A stretch of DNA of 64,000 nt, taken from a virus. Lineage: Duplodnaviria; Caudoviricetes. Location of the stretch: positions 32,001 to 96,000 of IMG/VR virus record IMGVR_UViG_3300014000_000001. One strand, 5' to 3'. This document shows, piece after piece, positions 58,157 to 64,000 of this stretch. The translations under genes and the position numbers were made by a program. The number at the start of each line of letters is the position of its first letter. Within the stretch, counting starts at the first letter, position 1. The notes under the pieces are model-generated. The model did not search any database, had not been told where the DNA came from, and saw only the letters and a list, made by a program, of their open reading frames with translations.

Positions 58157-58186
58157 TAAGGGAGGAGTCCTAGGACTCCTCCCTTA
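58157..58186. terminator. 30-bp palindromic terminator
   Basis: TAAGGGAGGAGTCCTAGGACTCCTCCCTTA preceded by GCATAAA. Confidence 0.8.
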
Positions 58187-58287
58187 AGTTATTTGTGTCA
58201 ATGTAGGTGACACAAATAAAGATGAATGAGCAGTAACTCATTCATCTTCGATGAGATCTCTCTCCTACACTCGATCTGGAGAAGAGC

Positions 58288-58395
58288 ATGAAGGCAAACA
58301 AAGATATTCTTTGGCAAATCAGTATCGTCACGGCAATTGCTAAACTGATCTATTTGTCCATTAAAATCCTTATTTTAATTCATTCATTACTCTAA
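58288..58395 (+). CDS. Small hydrophobic peptide (35 aa), not in the ORF track
   Basis: GGAG SD; MKANKDILWQISIVTAIAKLIYLSIKILILIHSLL. Confidence 0.55.
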   Translation: MKANKDILWQISIVTAIAKLIYLSIKILILIHSLL

Positions 58396-58513
58396 TCGAT
58401 TTGTAGATTTGTTAAGCTTTATATGCTCTAAAAATATAAACCGACATTTATCAACAATGGAGAGATCTCATATTATATCCCTTATTTATAATTTATCATA
58501 GAGGTGTGAAAAT

Positions 58514-58636
58514 ATGTTAAATTTAATTATCTTCTTTGCAATACTCTATGCAGTTTATCGCTTAGGTTATCGTAGTGGACTTAAAGCTGGAATGAATCGA
58601 GTGGGTCCCTCTGATTATCGTAAACGAATTGATTGA
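58514..58636 (+). CDS. Small membrane protein (40 aa), not in the ORF track
   Basis: AGAGGT SD; MLNLIIFFAILYAVYRLGYRSGLKAGMNRVGPSDYRKRID. Confidence 0.65.
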   Translation: MLNLIIFFAILYAVYRLGYRSGLKAGMNRVGPSDYRKRID

Positions 58637-58919
58637 TGGATGTAAATAAACATATCAATTAATATTTATATAGCGTTTAGTGAATTGTGTAAGCAAAACG
58701 CCCATTAACCAAAACTCATTTAGGAGAAAGACCATGATTACAATGACTTAATATTTTAGTAAGTGTTTTTAAATTAATTGATGTTTCCCATTAACCCATT
58801 TTAATGAATGCAAAGATTAGCTTACTAACGCTGAACTAGAAGTAAAAAACATAGAAGATGGATAGGCCTCGCAACCTATCCATCTTAATTTATGTTGGTT
58901 TCTTTTTTGGAGAGATGAT

Positions 58920-59204
58920 GTGGATATTGATAATGATTGGGGCAAATTGGAAACAGCTCTAGAGTCATCTAATGATGAACATAACAAACTCATAAGTCAA
59001 TTAGACCGTTTAACCCCTGAACAAATCAAAACAGTTATTCTAAAACAACACCAGTTACTTGAACATTTTCAAAAATTATGTTTGTTAAACAGTACACGTA
59101 TCGTTCTTTCAGATGGAACTGACGTTAATGCTACAAAATACACATCTCTTTGGAAAGAGTTGGAGCAAACATTAAAAGAAATCGTATCAAGTAACAAAAT
59201 ATAG
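58920..59204 (+). CDS. Hypothetical protein (94 aa)
   Basis: GGAG SD, GTG start. Confidence 0.65.
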   Translation: MDIDNDWGKLETALESSNDEHNKLISQLDRLTPEQIKTVILKQHQLLEHFQKLCLLNSTRIVLSDGTDVNATKYTSLWKELEQTLKEIVSSNKI

Positions 59205-59234
59205 CATTTGCTTATTTATTAGGAGGAAATGCTC

Positions 59235-59387
59235 ATGCAAGGTAATACCCGCAAACCCAACCCAAAGTTGTTTAAAGATAGCAAAGAAGATAAAGCCTTC
59301 AAACGACGCTATGGTTTAAACAATATCTTTCAAACGGTAGGTTATTTTGACCACCGTGATATTCAGAAGTTAGTTGCGCAAGGATAG
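59235..59387 (+). CDS. Small basic protein (50 aa), not in the ORF track
   Basis: AGGAGG SD; MQGNTRKPNPKLFKDSKEDKAFKRRYGLNNIFQTVGYFDHRDIQKLVAQG; stop lies in a terminator hairpin. Confidence 0.65.
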   Translation: MQGNTRKPNPKLFKDSKEDKAFKRRYGLNNIFQTVGYFDHRDIQKLVAQG

Positions 59388-59423
59388 GGTTAAACCCTAT
59401 CCTTGTTCTTTGCATGTAAATAT

Positions 59424-59449
59424 TTTCAAATATATATTATCTAACCGAA
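59424..59449 (+). promoter_or_regulatory. Putative early promoter
   Basis: TTTCAAATATATATTATCTAACCGAA. Confidence 0.7.
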
Positions 59450-59484
59450 TTAACTTAATCATTTCACAACACAGAGGTTTTAAA

Positions 59485-60258
59485 ATGGACATCAGCGTAT
59501 TAATCCCATACTTATCAGCAATCGTTAATGAAGATGAACAATACTTCGAAGATCCTGACAATCTAAAAGATGTTCAATATCTTTTAAGACAACCCTTGGA
59601 TGAATGGGATGTTCTGGCAGTCGATCCAGTAGTAATCACAGAGTTGTTTGAACTATCAGCATTGATTCAAAACATCAGTGAAATCCTAACGGATACCATC
59701 ACCACCAATAAGTTTATTAGTGAGTTTTATACGCCTTATTTTAGTTTCACCTTCTTTGATGCTGATCCAATGGCATCACTTTCTGTTGCAGGTTGGATCA
59801 ATTACAATTTTGCTCGTCAAATGGATGAGCAAGATGGTCATCAGCCATCTCAATCTTTTCATGGTATTCATGATTTCATTCATGAACTTGTTGAAGCATC
59901 TCCTACTCGAGATGAATCATTACCTGAAAACATTGAAAGTCGTATTGCTGAGATGACTGAGCAAAGTGATGATGAGGCTTTAGAAGAATACTTCTTCACC
60001 GAATTGAATGATCAATGTTATACTTTATCTAAACTACTTAACATCCATGGAACTCTACTCATTCAAACTGTAGAGTTTGGAACAACAGGCGCGATTACTG
60101 AAGATGTTGTGGTTGATATTGTTGATCGTTTAAATGATTTAGTGAACAATATTCGCTCATCTTTCAAAGACGGTGAACAAGATTACCATGCGGTTACAAT
60201 CTTAGATAATAGCGTTGCTCGTCTACGTGATTATATTAATGATCTATTGGAATCTTAA
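59485..60258 (+). CDS. Acidic hypothetical protein (start moved to MDISV)
   Basis: ACAGAGGT SD before ATG 59485; the longer start crosses a terminator and a promoter. Confidence 0.8.
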   Translation: MDISVLIPYLSAIVNEDEQYFEDPDNLKDVQYLLRQPLDEWDVLAVDPVVITELFELSALIQNISEILTDTITTNKFISEFYTPYFSFTFFDADPMASLSVAGWINYNFARQMDEQDGHQPSQSFHGIHDFIHELVEASPTRDESLPENIESRIAEMTEQSDDEALEEYFFTELNDQCYTLSKLLNIHGTLLIQTVEFGTTGAITEDVVVDIVDRLNDLVNNIRSSFKDGEQDYHAVTILDNSVARLRDYINDLLES

Positions 60259-60323
60259 AAGGTAAATTATTTGACCGAGGTGCTACAGCACCTCTTCTTT
60301 TTGCATTCTTAGGATGAAGTAAA

Positions 60324-61364
60324 ATGGCCGATAAAACTTTTAATGAACAACCAATGATTACCGTGATTTCTGATTCTTTAGATCCGCGTGTAAAACGTCA
60401 ATTAAGTGCGCAATTGCAATCAACCATGTTATCTGTATCTGAATTAAACGCAGAGCTAGATAACCAAAAAGCAATGGAAGATATTAAAGCGCAAAAAGAT
60501 GCCGTGAAAGACCAGACGGAGTTCGATGATGACAACACCGAAGACAAATCTAACCCAACCGCAATCGAAAACAACCCAGATGCAGGCACAGCAAATTCGG
60601 AGCAAACTGGATCGAATGACAATGCAGGACAAAATCCTTCTAACGAAGAGTCTGAAGATGTTTTTTCAGACAATTCAAACGATGGGTTCGACAATTCAAG
60701 CAATGGCAATTCAGATGCGGGAGCAGTTCAGCAACCTCAAGATCAACAAAATAACCAACAGCAATCTCCTCCCGCTACTGATAATGGTCAAGACCAAGGA
60801 CAGCAGAATTCCCAAGGTGATGCTAACAATCAACAAAATGCTGGACAACAGCCCAACGGACAAGCGCAAACTCCACCGCCTCAAAACCAAAATAACCAAA
60901 CTCCAGCAGCTCAGCCAACAGCCCAAACTAACCAGCAAAATGGACAACAGGCTCAAGAAGCTGATGGAAACGGAGATAATGGCGATGGAGGAGAAGATCC
61001 ATTTAATGATGACAATGTAAACTTTGAAGCGTTTGCAGGAATTCTTGGATTTAGTTACAAATCTGAATCAGCGGCTCAAACTGAAGATTCCGATCTTCCT
61101 CCGATTAAAACCGTGGTTTATGTTAAAGCTGGGGATCAGGGGGTGGATAACCGCACCTCAGCAATTGTTGCTACGATTGAAGATCCTGAAAATACAGTGG
61201 TGATTTTAGACCAATCTGAAGTTGCTGAAGTAGAAGCAAAACTACAATTCAAAGCATTGACTAAACAATTGCAATCACGTGGCATTATGGTATGTGAATC
61301 AATCGATCAAGCGGTTGAATATCTAAACCAAGTCTATGATGAAGTATCGGGTAAAGCTGAGTAA
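60324..61364 (+). CDS. Acidic protein with a long Q/N/D-rich disordered centre (346 aa)
   Basis: Low-complexity residues ~60-235; folded-looking alpha/beta C-terminus. Confidence 0.75.
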   Translation: MADKTFNEQPMITVISDSLDPRVKRQLSAQLQSTMLSVSELNAELDNQKAMEDIKAQKDAVKDQTEFDDDNTEDKSNPTAIENNPDAGTANSEQTGSNDNAGQNPSNEESEDVFSDNSNDGFDNSSNGNSDAGAVQQPQDQQNNQQQSPPATDNGQDQGQQNSQGDANNQQNAGQQPNGQAQTPPPQNQNNQTPAAQPTAQTNQQNGQQAQEADGNGDNGDGGEDPFNDDNVNFEAFAGILGFSYKSESAAQTEDSDLPPIKTVVYVKAGDQGVDNRTSAIVATIEDPENTVVILDQSEVAEVEAKLQFKALTKQLQSRGIMVCESIDQAVEYLNQVYDEVSGKAE

Positions 61365-61429
61365 TTTTTACAGCATTGGGGATTAGATGAAACTAATCCC
61401 CTTTTAACAACATTCCGATAGGAAGAAAC

Positions 61430-62737
61430 ATGAAACAAATCAAAGATCATATTCAATATATCTTAGAAAATGGAATTTTAAAACCAGGACGCAATGGTAA
61501 GACCGACAGTGGTGATGCATCTTATTCTGTTTTCTCACGTCAACTTCGTTTTAATTTAAGCGAGGGGTTACCTTTTGTTACATCTAAGAAACTCCATGTA
61601 ATTCCGATGTTAAAAGAAATTACATGGATGCTTCGCGGTGAAACCAATGTTAATACTTTAGGTTGTGGTATTTGGGATAAATGGTCAGCATCTAAAGACC
61701 TAGGTGTTCGTCGCCCACGCTCTGAAAAAGAAGTGGTAGAAGATTTAATCAAAGCTGTACCCGAACTTACCAACTATCAAACCACATCCTTGTATTTGTT
61801 CAATTTGATGAAAACTCATTTTAAACAAGACCCAGAAAAAGCGATTGTGGATTTAGATGCTATTACAGATGCCACTATGATCACTGATGAAATCAACAGT
61901 ATGATTGATTGGAATGCAGTAGATCTAGCTATTAATGCTCTTGGGGTAGAAACCACTGAACTTATCGTTTACGTTAAGAAAGGTGAGTGTGGTCCTATAT
62001 ATGGTTCACAATGGCGTAACTTTCAAACTGTTGCACTATCGCAAGGTGTTAAAGGGCTTTATGGTATTGATCAGTTAATGATGTGTTATGACTTATTAAA
62101 CACCTCCCCTGATTCACGACGTATTATCTTCGGTGCATGGAATCCAGGTCTGGTGCCTAAATCAGGACAGAGTATAGACACCAATATTGCGATGGGTAAT
62201 ATGGGTTTACCACCTTGCCATATCATGGCACAGTTTTGGGTAGGCGCAGCTGTTAAAGGTCGTCGTTCCTTACATCTGAATTTACGTATGCGTTCTTCCG
62301 ATACAGGTTTGGGGCTACCATTCAATGTAGGCTCTTACGCTTTAATTGATCACATCTACGCGTTAGAATTCGATATGGATGTTGGTGAATTAGTGGTTGA
62401 CCTAATCGACGCACACATTTACAAAGATCACGTTATTGGTCTACGAGAATACCTAGACCGTCCAGAACACCCGCTTCCTAAATTTGTTTTAACTAAAGAG
62501 CAGTATGAACAACGTAAAACCGATCTCATCAACGCTTACATTGAACGTCAAGTTCCAGATGATGAGGATCGTGAATTCGCTATTCAGCGTCACCGTGAGC
62601 ACTTATTTGCAGACACCGATTCAGCTCGACGTACGCGATTTGAAATCTTACTTAACAACATTGACCACACCTTCTTTGAAGATGCGATTCAAAATTATGT
62701 TCACGAAGACGAAATCAAATTAAATCTTCATGACTGA
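61430..62737 (+). CDS. thyA: Thymidylate synthase with two large insertions
   Basis: GPIYGSQWR, DQL, SRRI, LPPCH, RSSD..LGLPFN, DAHIY. Confidence 0.93.
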   Translation: MKQIKDHIQYILENGILKPGRNGKTDSGDASYSVFSRQLRFNLSEGLPFVTSKKLHVIPMLKEITWMLRGETNVNTLGCGIWDKWSASKDLGVRRPRSEKEVVEDLIKAVPELTNYQTTSLYLFNLMKTHFKQDPEKAIVDLDAITDATMITDEINSMIDWNAVDLAINALGVETTELIVYVKKGECGPIYGSQWRNFQTVALSQGVKGLYGIDQLMMCYDLLNTSPDSRRIIFGAWNPGLVPKSGQSIDTNIAMGNMGLPPCHIMAQFWVGAAVKGRRSLHLNLRMRSSDTGLGLPFNVGSYALIDHIYALEFDMDVGELVVDLIDAHIYKDHVIGLREYLDRPEHPLPKFVLTKEQYEQRKTDLINAYIERQVPDDEDREFAIQRHREHLFADTDSARRTRFEILLNNIDHTFFEDAIQNYVHEDEIKLNLHD

Positions 62738-62816
62738 TTATAATGATGATCCCCTCGCCCTAGGGCGAGGGATGACTAATCCACTTTATTACCTACCTTA
62801 CGATGAGAGATGTAAC

Positions 62817-63632
62817 ATGTCAGAGATCGAAAACACTCAAGCCCCAGAGATTGATGAAGAAGCTTTGCAAGAAACCAAAGTGATGAAAGGTTTCAAAGCA
62901 TTCACGTATATCGCCGATATTATGCAACGATATCCGTTTAGTTTAAATGAAACCAAAGGTGGTCGTATCTTCGTTGATGATGTTTTGGGTACTAAGCTCC
63001 GTCGCAAAATTATTAAAGGTCAACCTCAGCAAAACTACCTGTTTGAAACGTATAAAACCATTGATAATAACGCAGTTCCAATTGCATCTGTAGAGATCTC
63101 ATCAAACGGCTTCTCTCCATCAATGTTAATTGCTGCAGTGGCTGCCAAAGTGTCCAAAGAAGGTAATCCAAAATATAACTCTTTGGCGGTGATGTTATTG
63201 CAGGCAGCATCAGCTTTATTGCAAGATGGTGAAAAAGCATTAGCAGGTGAAAAACAACTTAACCCAACAGGTGATGCGTTGCGTAAAGAGTATTTCGCTA
63301 ACTTACACGGATTAACAGCACGAGCGAATACCTTCAGTATTTTAACAGATATGTTACAATGGCTTATTCGTGATGACGATGATTTCAATTCTGGGTTTGC
63401 CGATGAGATGGCGTCCCTACAAAAGTTTCGCAGTGTTGAGATGTTAGAATCTGGACAGTTCAATGAAGACGATGTTCAGGAAATCCACAACACCACAAAC
63501 CTATTGTTCACATCAATTGCTAACTTCGCATTTCATCCATCTATGCTTGATATCCAAGCCATGGCTGATGAAATCAAATCAAATATCGGCGATGCCGCAT
63601 TAACGGAACTTTCTGATAATGAACAACAGTAA
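62817..63632 (+). CDS. Hypothetical protein (likely start MSEIE)
   Basis: The longer start runs through a palindrome at 62752-62771. Confidence 0.7.
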   Translation: MSEIENTQAPEIDEEALQETKVMKGFKAFTYIADIMQRYPFSLNETKGGRIFVDDVLGTKLRRKIIKGQPQQNYLFETYKTIDNNAVPIASVEISSNGFSPSMLIAAVAAKVSKEGNPKYNSLAVMLLQAASALLQDGEKALAGEKQLNPTGDALRKEYFANLHGLTARANTFSILTDMLQWLIRDDDDFNSGFADEMASLQKFRSVEMLESGQFNEDDVQEIHNTTNLLFTSIANFAFHPSMLDIQAMADEIKSNIGDAALTELSDNEQQ

Positions 63633-64000
63633 AGAGATCTTGACACCTTATAAGGCATTAAAGGCTTTATCGGATTGTTTAGATAAAGCCTTAACAGAAC
63701 TTGATGCAGGTTGTGAGTTCTTTGAAATTGCGATGCTTCCAATGGATGAAGTTCAGGAAGAAACCAATGAAGAGAAAATGGATGAAATTCTAAAAGAAAT
63801 GAAAGGTTATACGCTTATGGCTAACTTTCTTTTAGAACATCCATTAATCAATGTTATTAAGCAGATCCGTGAGGAATCAAAGCTAACTGAAGAAGATACC
63901 ACGCTTTTAGCTCTGAAACACGAAATTGAAGTAGGGCAATTATATCGCCATTATAAAGGTGATGTTTACTTAGTGCGTCAATTAAGTAAAGATGCAGACT
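63619..64000 (+). CDS. Partial ORF running off the window, with the start of a DUF1653-like domain
   Basis: Open frame from ATG 63619; ends ...IEVGQLYRHYKGDVYLVRQLSKDAD. Confidence 0.7.
   Translation, partial: MNNSKEILTPYKALKALSDCLDKALTELDAGCEFFEIAMLPMDEVQEETNEEKMDEILKEMKGYTLMANFLLEHPLINVIKQIREESKLTEEDTTLLALKHEIEVGQLYRHYKGDVYLVRQLSKDAD

Noticed and set aside
61690-61985. ThyA insertion as an intein, or the enzyme as a dCMP hydroxymethylase
   Set aside because: No C/S...HN intein ends; the dUMP-specifying Asn (PFN) is retained
1193-63742. Many short alternate-frame or antisense ORFs nested in long genes (for example 60526-61020, 7041-7457, 28190-28594, 63035-63463)
   Set aside because: Explained as shadows of codon bias or low complexity in the main gene; no initiation signals
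1-64000. tRNA/rRNA genes, integrase or transposase, stop-codon reassignment
   Set aside because: No cloverleaf or T-loop signature or recombinase motifs noticed by eye; long genes are intact under the standard code and use all three stops
1-64000. Naming the host or the exact phage
   Set aside because: Low GC and a GH19 lysin are only weak hints; a database search is needed

Overview
This is an AT-rich segment of a phiKZ-like (Chimalliviridae-type) jumbo myophage genome, read with the standard genetic code. Positions 0.1-22.4 kb hold a virion/transcription core: two virion proteins, a 2919-aa tail tape-measure/lysin (GH19 plus CHAP-like domains), the virion RNA polymerase beta'-like and beta-like subunits, and the prohead protease. 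Positions 26.9-37.8 kb hold tail tube, tail sheath, three baseplate-type proteins and the large terminase. The rest is accessory genes, many behind a repeated early-promoter-like motif, including a dNMP-kinase-like protein, RlpA, an M15 peptidase and a thymidylate synthase with insertions. The ORF track misses several things: (1) an ORF-less group I intron (14110-14594) that splits the RNAP catalytic D|YDGD motif; (2) a ~320-nt structured minus-strand RNA candidate at 46.3-46.6 kb; (3) a non-coding array of GNA-capped, tandem-GA hairpins at 55.2-55.6 kb in a C-depleted zone; (4) a small hydrophobic ORF inside a 12-bp inverted repeat with an occluded SD (58.25-58.47 kb); (5) a family of loop-less palindromic terminators flanked by CATA/TATG. 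All homology calls come from motif recognition and remembered gene order; no searches were run.
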